Numbered from the whole stretch's first letter, positions 1 through 12,314 are shown. The stretch is 63,117 nt of DNA, filler included, from Phoronis australis (GCA_002633005.1; 5 parts of 5 records of this genome joined end to end with filler, not necessarily neighbours in it); one strand, 5' to 3'. Translations and numbers: made by a program. Notes: a model not told the origin generated them from the sequence alone.

Positions 1-189
1 TCATCATCATCATCATCCATGACTTTCCCCAGGAAATTGTCATCACCTCATGTGAGTTCATTATATGATTTGGACGACTTTGTGTCTGACTTTTTGTGTG
101 GACATCTTTGTGTAAAGTACACGATTTTGACAGACACTTGACAGATCGGACAATAGAGTCTAATATAGACGTACATGTAACTGCATTCT

Positions 190-656
190 TCAGAGATTAT
201 TCGCAAGTCTTGTCTCGTCTTTGCAAAGCAGGTATGTCGTTAAACCTGAGCAAGTGTGTATTCGCGTCTGACCTTAAATTAAAACGTCTGGTAACAATCC
301 AAATACTGATCTGCTTCAAGGTATTCATGAATATGCGACCTCGTGCAATTGTAAGGAGTTGCAGTTTTCTCGGTGCAGTGGACTAGTACGGAAAGTTCTT
401 TAGTTGTATTTCTGAGATCACGCAACCTCTATGCGAATTGCTACGGAAAGGCGTGAAATGGATCTGGGAAACTGCACAAGACGAAGCTGAAGAAGCGATT
501 AAGGCTGAAGTTGCTTCGCTAGCAGTTATTGCTGTGTATGTCATTATTGCAAAACAATTTTGCAAAGGGATGCGAGTTAGCATGGAATTGGTGCTACTCT
601 CTCTGTCTGTCTGTCTCTCTCTCTCTCTNNNNNNNNNNNNNNNNNNNNNNNNNNNN

Positions 657-697
<41 letters not shown>

Positions 698-1987
698 GTG
701 CAAGACGATGGTTCAGTTATGTTGGCCTCAGCAATTTCGAGACAAGAAACAGACTATGAAAAACGTAAAACAACTATTGAAAAGCAAGCGTTGGCCATCA
801 CTTGGTTATGTTAGTGCTTTCGGAACATTGTGCTTGGCATGCATATTATCATTCAAGCTTATGATTCCGTTGATGAATGACATTGATCATAATGAGGTTC
901 CATTTATTATTCAGAGATTTCCTTCTCGTTTGATGCGGTACAGTTATACTGTAGAGCACATGTATGTACCAGGGAGCCTTAACGTGGGAGCTGATGCTCT
1001 TTCCGGATCCGTCTCATCGGTCGACTTATTAGTCGCTGAGGAGGTCTTAGCGTCAGAATCAGACCCTTCTAAAATACCTTGGTGATAGGAAGTAGTCTAG
1101 TTCCAACCTGGCTGACATAAAACTAAGCCTTAAGCATGATGCGTTTGCTCAGCGTAATGGAATGTGTTTGTTCTGATTGATCTCGTTATTTGTCGGCTAC
1201 GGATACCTTGTTGAAATCGTACTGGGAGTTACGTGGTCACCTCGCAATGCAGGACGACCTGCTCGTGTAGGTTGATCGTCTGGTCATACCCAAGAACGTG
1301 CCACTAAATGTTCGTTATTCTGTTTGGTGGCCTGGCACGTCTCAACAGATTGGAGACGGTTCTCATTGAATCATTAGATAGTCTATGGAAGATTAAGCAC
1401 ATGAATTCAACCTTCCGTGGTATTCCGAGTGTGGTCGTTTCGGATGACGGTGCGCAATATGCGTCCAAGCAATCATTGACTTCGCAAACAAGTATGACTT
1501 TGTTCAAGTCAACAGTTCACTTCAGTACCCCATGTCAAATGATGCAGCGGAGCGTGTGTTGGAGACCGTTAAACATACGTTTGAGAAAAAGAAAAGAATA
1601 CTATGGACGTCGTTATCGGTCAGCTCTGAGAGTAACCTAATCTTTTACTCCTAACAACTAGGCATTGCATTGGTGCAGTCCGCACAGACACCAATAGTTC
1701 AGGTGTTACAGCCATTCGTTCAGGGAGGATTGTTTATCCATAAAGAGCATAAAGAGAGTATTAAAAGTCGTGCTAGATTTTGTTCTTAAAGGACATTTAG
1801 TTTTAAAATCAATTGATTGATTCTAAGAGACATTAGCTTTTAAGAGACTCTTGCTTTAAAGGGGAGATGTTGTAATGATAGCTGTGTGTTAGCGTTACAT
1901 CGGTTACGTTATAACGGTTTGTGTTATCGTGCATGTTATCCCTGTTTAAAGCAATAGATTGCTTCACGCGTGTGCTTTGCAGACACA
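190..1987 (+). mobile_element. Degenerate Ty3/Gypsy LTR retrotransposon, 3' part (RT, RNase H, integrase remnants, PPT, 3' LTR)
   Basis: Frameshifted peptides in Gypsy order: LSRLCKAGMSLNLSKCVF (RT), ELLRKGVKWIWETAQDEA (connection), IQRFPSRLMRYSYTVEHMYVPGSLNVGADALS (RNase H end), GIPSVVVSDDGAQYAS (integrase SDNG-type motif). Purine tract AAAGGGGAGA ends at 1867 and is followed by TGTTGT at 1868. Probable LTR end ...CA near 1987. Confidence 0.85.
597..695. repeat. (CT)n microsatellite spanning an N gap
   Basis: CT dinucleotide run seen on both sides of the Ns, inside the Gypsy remnant. Confidence 0.95.
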
Positions 1988-2577
1988 CTGGCATGAGCAC
2001 TAATCAATGATTCTCTCAGCGCGTATTCCGTATTTGCTTGGATGCAGAAGATTCCACGCGCAAATTAACCGGAACATTCAGGTGCTTTACACCCTGGCCT
2101 GTGGACATTCTGGTGCTACGGAGACGAATTTAGCACTGACTTTGGCATCATCTGCAATGGCTTTTAAACGCTAATTCCTCGGAGTATAGCAGGGATGGCT
2201 TAATCTTACCTGGTTGTCATTACTTGTTGCTTCCGCATCATAGAACTTGTCACCAGATTCCAACACGATCAATTTAGATGAAATAGCAGGCTAAAGTACA
2301 TACAATACGACACACACTTTTGAGGTTCCTTATTGAACATGGCCATCCTTATTGCAGAATACTTTGTGCGTGTGAAGCTGTCACTAACCAAGAGGTGGTG
2401 ACAATACGGTATGGTAACAAGATGTATACGTTGTGTCTGCAATAAGATCATTCAATTATGTCTCACACAAATCACCTGACCTTGTAGAACAATGTGTTTT
2501 GTCTGATGTACCTGTAAAAATCCCAACAAACCAACATACTTGTCGTGAAGCGATATGTTCTGCTTTGTTTTCACTAG

Positions 2578-2916
2578 TTGGACCAACTGCAGTAACTATT
2601 GTCACTGAAAACAATCAGTCTAGAACTTCTGACCACTCTACTAAAGTACTGACCGTACAAGAGGGCCAAGAGTATAACATGAGATGTCGGACGAATGTGA
2701 CGTCGCCAAGCGCAACGGTTACATGGTCGTATAACGGTCTGGATGGGCAGGAGTCGCCCACAATGAATTCATCATCAAGTGGCGGTTTCGTGTTCACCAG
2801 CAAGTTTATTTTTACTGCAAGGGCTCGACATAATGGACTCAATGTAACATGTACAGCTTACAACAACCAGGACAACAGATTATACTGCTCGCAAACCTTG
2901 GAATTATATGTTATTT
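2578..2916 (+). CDS. Internal exon encoding one immunoglobulin domain (C2-set/CD80-like, as in nephrin/kirre/hemicentin-type IgSF proteins)
   Basis: Acceptor tttgttttcactag before 2578 and donor gtaagt at 2917; 339 nt, symmetric phase 1-1. Peptide VGPTAVTI...TVQEGQEYNMRCRT...ATVTWSY...FTARARHNGLNVTCTAYN...TLELYV has the Ig C...W...C pattern. Confidence 0.9.
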
Positions 2917-3649
2917 GTAAGTATGAAATTTCGCACATATATAGCTTATTACATGGCGAAGTCGTTATCCCCCGTTATCTAGAGCCCGAGTGAATTTTGG
3001 AGAATAATCGCCCTCGGGGCTAATCTTGAATCTGTTGAGGGAAATACGGCCAGGAAATAAAGTTTTCCGTATTCACCTCCCGCACTACTTGATCAGCGAC
3101 CTCTGACATGGAAAGTTCAAAAGGTAGGTCAATATCGACTCGACTTCTTCTGAGCCGGTTCGATCATCAGACTTTCCGAATATAATTTAAAGTAACACAG
3201 TTACAACAGTGTAACTAACACTCGACATGCAACCAGGCCCTAAACGTAAAATCTGGAACAAAACTGTTAATTATAAGACACTTATGTCTCAGTTTTCAAT
3301 TGCTGAATAGTATATCGTCTGCAACTCAGGCGCCGATTCATAGATAATTAAAAAAATCAAATATTGTTGTTTTTAACTATTTTCAGGAGATGTTACAAGT
3401 TCACTGCTCAGTTGCTGTTGTTTTCATCTTTGCTACCTCTTTCAAGAAATAAATCGTTACTTCTAAAACTGTTTCTTTCACAAGAGAAAACTTGCAACCT
3501 AACGCGCAAGTACATACATATAGGATGTGATCCGCCATGTGAACAGCCTGGATGAAGTATTTGAAAAATCTGCCGAAAAAATGCAAGAAACTTAGGGATT
3601 CAAAGCGCATGGGATAAATACAAAACGTACCCCGATTGGCGTACACAAG

Positions 3650-4788
3650 TTGTTACATTTTATTTAATTGTTACCCGTTACGTCGAATGCACATGCGAGA
3701 AATATACCGTTTTACATTTTGCGAAAGTGGCGTCATATTTCATGAGTGCATGATATTTATCACACGAAGGAAAACGGGTCACACATTTAACGCCTTCTTT
3801 TTCGGATTGTTTGTATGAAATTCTATCAAAGGTACCCGCTCGAATTGATAGATGTGACCCTATGTGCTTTTCATTGTTTTTTTAACATGAGTTGTATCTT
3901 GGTATAGCCAGGAATGTACCCCGTACAGTTTCAAATCCATAATAAAGGAGTTTCCAGGTTCATTTAATAAGTTTTTGTTGATAAAGCGTTCTCGCGACCT
4001 TTTGTTGGCGCTCAGAGATCAAAAACCAATTTTGTATACGGCATTACAGTAAAAACACTTCCCTTGGTAAGCACAACAGAAACAATGACATCGTATTTTG
4101 GCTAATATTTATCGTATTTCTTCGGGAACAAATGACAATAACATTTTTTTCAAGGAAAATTTAATTTCTGAAGGCAAACTAATAAAAAATCCGTTTTGGT
4201 CCACGATAGTTTAATTTATTTTAGCCAGTGTTTTATTATCTTGGGCCATCGCTAATGCTCCACACAAAAGGAGCAAGACCAAAGTTTCTAATGCCGGAAA
4301 TTTCTTGAACACAATGCGGTGGTGTGAAATAAAAGCACGCACATATTTGAGGGCAGGTTGATTGATTTTTCCAGGGCAACAGCAAAAGATCGACTTTGAA
4401 AAGGGAGAGCCAAGTGGCGGCATAGTGGTGTCTTTTAAAGAGCTTAATATCTGAAAGAAATACCATTGTTCCTATGATGTCTATATTGTCTGAAATAGTG
4501 GTGCTAGCAACAGATCAAACCGTAATGTGGATACGTAAAAATGGGAGGCGTAGCTGGGGAAATAGAAAACACTTTGGCACTCTGAAAAGCGTGATCATTT
4601 TACTCAAACCGAGTCTAGGTCGGTAGTTTAAAGGGGCAATAGTCCGCAAAGGCTGACTGTAGGCCTTTTGGACTACAAAAACATGCACTTTCTTTTTCTA
4701 TTTAAGATACATTATGAATAAAAATTGCCAATTGGTCAATGTTCATTAGTCCGAAGCACCTATAAATAAGGTCAGAGATTATTCATTC
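3650..4788 (+). repeat. Dispersed ~1.1-kb repeat, copy 1 (unclassified non-coding DNA element)
   Basis: Reverse-complement match to 13975-15210 along its length, e.g. ggactacaaaaacatgcactttc vs gaaagtgcatgtttttgtagtcc. Visibly diverged. Confidence 0.8.
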
Positions 4789-5445
4789 ACAGCCAATTTC
4801 GTAAAGGTGGTTTAACAAAACCAGGTTTAAGACTTAAACGTGGTCTTCCTATACCTGGTCTAATTTTAGACTTAACTTACGTTTCACCAACATGTTTTCA
4901 AAGTCTGAAAGCCTGGTTTTGTTAGGCCATAAAGTGAGTTTAGTAAAACCGGGTTTAAAGTATCCAAGCCTACCTACTGTGTTGATCCAGATTAACCTAA
5001 CAAAGAAACTGTTAAGTGCTTCAATAAAATCTTGATCACGTGGGTATACAATGGCACACAGCAGTATAAAAATGAAGAGCTTTTCTAAGAGCTTTTCTCA
5101 CGAGGAAAAATGAATTAATGTTTCCTCCCATAACTGATCTGACGAAAAGCCAAACGTCATAGTCGAGAACAAAAAAATTAGTGCCAAATTAAGTCAACGT
5201 AAGCAGAAGGCGTGGGGATATATTGCTCCAGAATAAAGGCTAGAAAGAAAATTTCATCAGTGAAAATTTTGCCCAGAAAAACGGTGAGGAACCCAGTGGT
5301 AGATCTAGGATATCATGAGGAGATATTTCTCATTTTGTATTGTCTGTTTCACACATTAAAGTACTTGCTCTCGATTACCCGCAACATAGTAATTGCACTC
5401 ATTTATTTCCGTGTCATTTTAATTTTGCGGTCAAAGGGAGGGGCA

Positions 5446-5591
5446 CAGGGGCGGATCCAGGATTTTGAGTTAGGGCGCCAGGGCAGAGTATTAGCCAAGA
5501 GTTTGCCCGTCAGACATTCCCACCCCCAAACTGCCAAATGGAATCTAAGAAAATTTTAGGGCACCCTTGGCCCCCTCTAAGTCCGCCACTG
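5446..5591 (+). mobile_element. Short MITE-like element (CAGgGGCGGAT...TCCGCCACTG family)
   Basis: Inverted termini; body aligns with 53872-54024 and, inverted, with 54331-54465. Confidence 0.8.
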
Positions 5592-5748
5592 GTGCAAGCA
5601 ACTTTAAAGTGGGGACTAATTGAGACGGAAATCGGTTAGAATAATTATTATATGCCTTTTTGTCATACGCGTAGCGCTTGCGACGATGACGCTCTGCTCG
5701 AACCGTCATATGCTGAGGAATCTGAAGGGCAACCTTAAGTACGTACTG

Positions 5749-8700
5749 GGCCCGGTCTCCAATCTCCGTACTCAGACTCGAATCACTCAAACTCGCACTT
5801 CATACTCAATTCGAGTGCAGAATCAGCTTTGGTGTATTCAATATCATGCTCGAAAAATCTGTACTCGAAATTTCGAGCACGTGCTCAATTTTCCGGTATA
5901 CTCGAAATGAAGTGTATTTCATCTATATTTCGAGTACGATTTTGAGTAAAAATTTCGAGTATATACTCCAAATTTCAAGTTTGGTTTGGCAGTATGCTTG
6001 AAATGGTACTCGAAAATAAACACGGCGGATGTGAGACGCAGACATATTATTCCACTAGCGAAAGAAGAAAATATCGAAAAACCAGTGAGAGTAACAGCAA
6101 AACTTTGGAAATTTAAGTCCTCATACCATATTTCAGCGCTTGAGGCAATAGTTTTCATTTTAAATCTTCTTCATCTTAACCCGCCGTATCACAGCACTTC
6201 ATTACCACCAATTTTTAAAGTCCTTCTTACTTCGATTCCTAATTCCATGTCGTCGAATCATTACAATTGTCAAAAGCAGCTGTGGGGAGCGGGTTGCCCT
6301 GATCAAAGCGCGCCTGCAACGGTTTGTACGGTTTCCAAAAGACGAGGAAGTTAAAAAAACAGTTTGCTTCCCTGTCTGGTACATTTCACATCGTAGTTTA
6401 GACATCGATAATTCCTCAATCACCGAATGATATGCCAGATTTTGTTTGCCGATTTTTAATTAGACGTCTCGTCTCGTTCACTGATGAACTCTGAATGCCT
6501 AAAAATGTAATGTTTTTTAACTCACGCGCTAAATGTCTGCTAACTTGATACATCCCGGTAAAATGCAAAGATATACTATCAAAATTTTGACATCAGCGTA
6601 GGCCTACAAGGCAATGGGTTCTATATAAAGACTAAATTAGCAAGAGAGAACAGGGGTTGACCAGGAACCAAATAACTGCGGCTCAAAAATGTCGACTGGA
6701 GTTTCGGGCTGACGTGGACAATCGGCCTACTAGAGAAGAACGCCTCAGCTGGCAATTAAGGTACAAACTTTTGAAATTTGACCTCCCGTCAAAGAAAATG
6801 TGCAATTCGAACTCTCCCTTAAAATGTTGGTTGCAGGCCTGTGATTTGGTGCCTGATCCCCGGGCCTGGGGTCACGGACCCAACATTGCATATATTACTG
6901 AGAAAGAAAATTTCTGTGGTTGGTGTGACCATGCCAATTCTAGGAGTAAATGTGTCAAGTGTAGGGGAGAATGAACTCATTTTGCCCCCTGGCTAAATCA
7001 GACACTGAGATTGTGGCTGCTCCTCTGCGGCCGACCGACTTTCTTTGATGTGATAAGCTGTTACAAATTTCTTATGACATTTTCAGGAGATAAGGAACTC
7101 AAGAAGTAAAGGTTAATAATTGGCCTATCGCCAGGATTATGACGGACGGCTTAATTGACCAATCAGAACGCAGCATTCTTGGCACACCTTCGTCTGCGTT
7201 TCCAAGCCGCCATTTTACCCGACAAACCACACGCAGTCGAGTAAAACTTACTTTAGTCTATAGCTCAAGAAATTGTCCACTAAGAATGGGGAAACGGTGT
7301 TGATATGACGTGTGTAGCACCGACAGCCGTTATGCTACTCCAGAATAATATCCCGTCATTTTTGGCATGTCCTAAGCCAAAAAANNNNNNNNNNNNNNNN
7401 NNNNNNNNNNNNNNNNNNNNNNNNNNNNNNNNNNNNNNNNNNNNNNNNNNNNNNNNNNNNNNNNNNNNNNNNNNNNNNNNNNNNNNNNNNNNNNNNNNNN
7501 NNNNNNNNNNNNNNNNNNNNNNNNNNNNNNNNNNNNNNNNNNNNNNNNNNNNNNNNNNNNNNNNNNNNNNNNNNNNNNNNNNNNNNNNNNNNNNNGAGGA
7601 AATATTGAGTTCAGTAACTAGGACCGGTAGCGGAAGAGGGGGGCTCAGACCCCAGATCGCGGCGGAATCGTGTTCCTGTTTTTTTTTTAGTCCACCGATA
7701 GATTTTCTGAACAGAAGGTCCAACGGTCTATATCCCTGGCGCCTGCAACTTCCGGCCGCCTGTGCACATACAATTGCACTTTGCCCAATTCCACGAGGCA
7801 ACATATGTTGGCCCCCCTGTGGTATCATAGATCCGCCACTGAATTCCAGACATTAATTTTACTTAGACACAGTCCTAGGCCTACCGGAGCTAACTGTTTG
7901 GTCAGGACGAGATGAGTGTGTACCTGAGCTATGAACCTGAATTTTTTTATCAAAATACTTTGCTACAAGATTAGAAAAGCGTAAACAGTGCTATCTAGTC
8001 GACCTAGTCAGAGACTATAGTGCATGTGTTGTCTGTAATCTATGATCTTCTTTACTCCAGGAGTCCCACCAGTTGTGACCTACTTTTCATTTGGCGAAAT
8101 TTAGCAGACGACAGAATAAACATATCGGTGAATCTTCACTGATTTTATTCGAAAGATCATAAGATCTATGGAATCGTACAGTTAATTCGACTTTAAAGTA
8201 CATACACAGCTTTACATGAACATATCGTATCAGTGGCCTTGTCATTTGTCAGGTGAAGGGGGTCCCGAGGCCGAGGGGTTCTTCGTATTTTTGCTGGCTC
8301 CTCGAGCACTTATTTTTTCATTGCCACCTTTACAAATTTCCATATCATGAACGTGCGATTCACTGTTGAAAAGCATCGCCTCTTGTCTCTGTCGACGCGT
8401 TTTCAAATAATACAAAAACACTCATCGATTCCACCAGGAACGCCGTTTAGCGACAGTGTATTTGCCTCTGACATCTCGTTCGATTGTCGGGTATCACGTG
8501 ACTTTTCGCATAGGGGCGGAGCTTGCGATAGGTCAATTGGCAGATGTATCAAGAAATGGTAGGCCTATAAGAATATTGTTTTGAAACTGAAAAAAAAATG
8601 AATAACAGTTACAGAAACTCAGCATTCTACGTTATGCTCGTGTAATTGTAGCGACAAAAGACGATAATGTAGTTGCTAGGGTAGTCTATGTGAATAGGGA

Positions 8701-8914
8701 GCGCTGAATCAGCGCAACTGCGTGGTTTTGCATTTCACATCATAAAAAGTTCAATAGCAACTCGAGTACGATTCTCAGATTTGAGTACGTTTGGAGTCTA
8801 CTCGAAGTGTGACATTAAATACGCTTTTTTGAGTTCGACTCCACTGAGCACGATTTTGAGTATGAAATCTCTAGTATGAGTATGAGTCTGAGTACGGAGA
8901 TTGGAGAGCGGGCC
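5749..8914. mobile_element. PIF/Harbinger element nested inside the outer Harbinger
   Basis: 31-bp TIRs ggcccggtctccaatctccgtactcagactc and gagtctgagtacggagattggagagcgggcc (one mismatch). 3-bp target duplication CTG at 5746-5748 and 8915-8917. Subterminal actcga/tcgagt repeats; interior decayed and spans an N gap. Confidence 0.9.
7625..7841. mobile_element. Short GGCGGA...GATCCGCCACTG MITE-like element
   Basis: Termini cggtagcgga and gatccgccactg with G- and C-runs inside. Related short elements at 8926-9067, 9238-9385 and ends at ~35343 and ~36053. Confidence 0.55.
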
Positions 8915-9539
8915 CTGGTCTACGTATAGGCGGATACAGGGGTTCAAGGGGTCCGGACACCTTTTTCCCTTGATTTTAGTGATATCATATCTACAGTTTT
9001 TGCAATTGTTGGTTGACCCAGACCATCCTTGATCCGACCCCCCCTTTGAAAATTCTTGGTCTCCCTGTTACGTTTGATCTGGTGTCGTCCTAAAACTGAA
9101 TATTGAAAATGGTCCGTTCTCGCTCTAAGACTGCGTCGTAAATGCACACCACAGCGTCATTCATTTGCACCTATATCGTACAAGTTTGCCATATTTAATA
9201 AACCTGATTCTGAGTAAGTCTAAAGTTAAACCTGGTTCATGGCGGCGCAGTAATGAAAAATGTGTTGGGCTAAAGCCCCCTCAGCCCACTGTGGCGCACC
9301 GCCTATAGACCATGTGCGGCGTAGCACTGAAAAAAGTGGGGGGGGGGGGCTGTAGCCCCCAGGCCTTTATGGTGCGCTGCCCATGTGGTTTAAGATCTTA
9401 ATACAGGTTTAAGTAATATATACCTCGTTAGTGAAATGAAAACTGACTTAGATCAGGTCTAAACTGGAGTTAAACCAGGTTTTACTAGACCACTGGTATA
9501 ATAGTTAAACCACCTTTATGAAATACAAATTATTTTTAA

Positions 9540-10069
9540 AGACAGCGTCTAGAGGCTAAAACACCTTTTTGACACCAGAAATGCATATATTGTTCATAAA
9601 AACATTGTTTTTGCTTCTTACATACAACGGAAAGTAATTAATTGCGACGCAAATTACACCGCTCATAATTCGTAGCCCCTTCGAGCGCCCCAGAAAAAAT
9701 CTCAACCAATCGGCGTAAAGTGGTTCATATGACATCATCGTGGCCATGAATTTACTGGGGAGCCACACTGCGTAACAGCTGAGTGCCATTTCTTGGACGT
9801 TCTGCACTTGTCGATCTCTGAGCTAAAATGCCTGTTTGCGTGGTGTGCGGGTGTAGCAATGTCAGCGGCAATGGGATACATTTGCACAACTTCACCACCG
9901 ATCACGTCGTGTGTCGTGCGTGGAATCATAGATTATAGACAACAGATTCGCAACTCCGGCATATCCTTACATGCTGAGTTGAACTCTCCTGACCTATCTG
10001 CTGCAGTTTCCGGTCAGTGTATTTTGACGAGAAATACTTGCATCTACTTTACTGTCCAAAACAACGAAA
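9540..10069 (+). mobile_element. Kolobok-like DNA transposon left end with truncated THAP domain
   Basis: TTAA followed by AGACAGC; the first ~140 bp recur at 17971-18108, also after TTAA. ATG 9828 to TAG 9938 gives MPVCVVCGCSNVSGNGIHLHNFTTDHVVCRAW, a THAP N-terminal pattern. Cut off by a gap. Confidence 0.65.
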
Positions 10070-10169
10070 NNNNNNNNNNNNNNNNNNNNNNNNNNNNNNN
10101 NNNNNNNNNNNNNTTAATTAATTAANNNNNNNNNNNNNNNNNNNNNNNNNNNNNNNNNNNNNNNNNNNN
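10070..10169. other. Artificial scaffold linker N44-TTAATTAATTAA-N44 (also 26505-26604, 28356-28455, 52953-53052)
   Basis: Identical 100-nt spacer with six-frame stop codons at four places. Confidence 0.95.
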
Positions 10170-10239
10170 CATGCGTTTTGAAAATCGAGTTGTTGGTGTG
10201 GTGCTTTTTTAGTTGCTCGCTTGTTCAAGGGCGAGTCGA

Positions 10240-11049
10240 TTAAGGTCCAGAACTAACTCGTGCTTGTCTTGGCACATTAAGTTTTAAAATAACGCTTTTG
10301 TGATCTGAAAAATCTTTTTTCTCACCAATTGTTACGCTATCAGCCCATTTCTCCATTGTCGCACTTATTAGAAAGTAATCCAGTCTACTCTCTTTGTCTT
10401 TCCATTGACGTGTGTATGCTTCTGCTGTTGGGTTTTTTTGTCGCCATATATCAACCAATGATTTGTCTTCCATGAGTAATTTCAGTAGCTTTGTAGGTCT
10501 TTTTGAATTTGAGCTGGATGAACAATTCTTGCGATCTTTGTCCTCATCTTGGACTGCATTAAAATCGCCACATATAATATTATATTGTGAATTGTAAACT
10601 TCAATAACAGTTTTTATGCCACTAATTAAGTCATAGTTGTATCCATCTGCCCTGTGTACATTAATAAGGGTAAATGTTCTTCCTTCTATGATCAGTTGCA
10701 TTGCAATGTAGTATCTGCTTGATTGACATACTAAATTAACCGCTTGCCCCAAACTCTTGGAAATAAGGTTACCAACACCTCCTCCCAAACTTTCCTCAGT
10801 GCTGACGTAGTGCTCATAGTTATCTAGAAATTGTTTTTTAACATCCCAATCCGCTTCACAGTCTATATCATCCCAATCCGCTTCACAGCACTTTGTCTCT
10901 TGAAGACAATATATATCGCAAGACTGCTCTTGTAAATACTTCAAAATGGTCTCTGTAGTTTTGTGGTCTCGTAAGCTTTGGCAATTCAGTGTCAAAATTG
11001 TAACCTCCTTAGTTGTCTCATTGTAGTCAACCTGAGAAGGCTCAGGGCT
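10240..11049 (-). CDS. L1/Tx1-type apurinic-like endonuclease (EEP) domain, stand-alone, probably a terminal exon
   Basis: Open frame with TLNCQSL, DIYCLQET, LINVH, ICGDFN, LVDIWRQKNP..YT, SRLDYFLIS, FSDHKSV. Stop follows shortly after the domain. Candidate acceptor ctccctttgcacag before 11049. The 5' boundary is inferred. Confidence 0.85.
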   Translation of the reverse strand, partial: SPEPSQVDYNETTKEVTILTLNCQSLRDHKTTETILKYLQEQSCDIYCLQETKCCEADWDDIDCEADWDVKKQFLDNYEHYVSTEESLGGGVGNLISKSLGQAVNLVCQSSRYYIAMQLIIEGRTFTLINVHRADGYNYDLISGIKTVIEVYNSQYNIICGDFNAVQDEDKDRKNCSSSSNSKRPTKLLKLLMEDKSLVDIWRQKNPTAEAYTRQWKDKESRLDYFLISATMEKWADSVTIGEKKDFSDHKSVILKLNVPRQARVSSGP

Positions 11050-11160
11050 CTGTGCAAAGGGAGATTTTGTTAATGAAAGAGGTATATGTAAAGGCAATAG
11101 CAGACTTTTGCTGAAAATGTGAAACATCACTGGTTACTTTTCTGCACATAAAAACTCCAA

Positions 11161-11420
11161 GGGTTTGTTTCACGAAAAATGACTGAAGACTTAAGACAGA
11201 AATTAACGCTTCCACACAACTGTTTCTGGAAAATAGTGAAGTCTCACTTGAGTAGTAATTCAAAAACTCATGATAATATACACGCAACTCCTGGTTACTG
11301 AGATATAATTTCTATAAATTATTACTATATTGTGACATAGTCATAATTACTTGACTAAAAATTTATTGAGCAATTGTGAAGTTGGAGTGTAAGACCAAAT
11401 TTCTGTCTTGTAATTGTTAA
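11161..11420 (+). mobile_element. ~250-bp MITE (Harbinger-like ends); second copy at ~55170-55408
   Basis: Shared core taatttctataaattattacta...cataatta.ttg.ctaaa and gtttca(c/t)gaaaa start in both copies. Confidence 0.6.
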
Positions 11421-12198
11421 TTACTGATTTTTAGTGTTAGTAAGTCCTAGAACTTTCAAATTTCATGCACAAATTTTTTTTAAAAATGTAAATTTTTATC
11501 GCACATTGATGTTTTAAAATGACTCTTCTGCAATCCAAGGTAAAACTTTGTATATCAAATTACACCTGTGGCTATGAGTATGCCCCTTAAGTAGGCTATC
11601 TCCTTTCTAAATAGTTCTACAAGTTACTATGCATTCTAAGAAGAAACAAATGGTGGGTCTAAAACACCAAATTTCAAAATTTAATTACTATATGACATTA
11701 GAGCCCCTCACATTTTCAACAGATGTTGACATAACCACGTATCCTGATGAGAGAGGTTTACTATTTGAGGAGGTTCTCATTTTTCGTCAGTGCTCTAACT
11801 ATCCTTGCTCTCGATAACAGCAATAGAGTATTACTTACACACACACTGCCTGATAGTATTCATACACACATCTGTGTTATGACATAAACAAAAAGATTCA
11901 AGTGTAAAGTTCTCATTTTAATTTAAAAAATGACCGATTTATTCATGAGTGGCGAAACATTTGATGTAGGCAGGAAAAATTATGCTTCCTGTGACTGCTG
12001 AAGAATATCATGTACCTATAGCCAGAAATTGAGACATCTTACATTTCTTGTGCACAGGGATATTAATTTTGGGTAGAATTTGCTCATGCAAAGGTGGACT
12101 ATAATTGAATTTTGTTCTGGATAACTATTCTGATAATACAGCTGGGTGGTTCTAGACCGGCAGCCCAGAGCACTAATTAACATAGATGAACGAGGTAC

Positions 12199-12293
12199 CA
12201 ACATTTGACCATGGGAGCATTTAGAGTCTACGTCAGTATGTACAGAAATGGACATCTGCCGTTGTCTGCACTCTGGATGTGACCTCTGGGTTC
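12199..12293 (-). CDS. Possible small exon (GTQRSHPECRQRQMSISVHTDVDSKCSHGQML)
   Basis: Acceptor tttgtcccctttgaaag and donor gtacct; phase 1->0 would join exon 15808-15733 to the endonuclease exon in frame. The donor motif also occurs in the adjacent tandem repeat, so support is weak. Confidence 0.3.
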
Positions 12294-12314
12294 CTTTCAA
12301 AGGGGACAAACATG

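Larger units (their letters stand above)
4796..9524. mobile_element. Degenerate PIF/Harbinger transposon (outer element) with a Myb/SANT-like remnant (+) and transposase remnants (-)
   Basis: Inverted ends atttcgtaaaggtggtttaa (4796) and ttaaaccacctttatgaaat (to 9524) with subterminal aaaccagg/ttagac motifs. Plus-strand remnant KSFS..EEK...IVENKKISAKLSQRKQKAW (~5075-5220). Minus-strand remnants LRRSLRARTDHFQY (~9100-9145) and FRFLSI*RFEQSVI (~5685-5725) resemble the Harbinger transposase N-terminus. Confidence 0.75.

Noticed and set aside
383-759. RE-repeat and LS-repeat ORFs
   Set aside because: Translations of the (CT)n microsatellite and N gap.
10114-10125. TTAATTAATTAA islands inside N runs as a biological motif
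   Set aside because: Identical six-frame-stop linker centred in four 100-nt gaps; an assembly artefact.
10240-11130. Host APE1/ExoIII orthologue starting at the ORF-track start
   Set aside because: Motifs and the downstream remnant are L1/Tx1-like; the first ~25 codons are intron-like sequence paralogous to 16510-16570.
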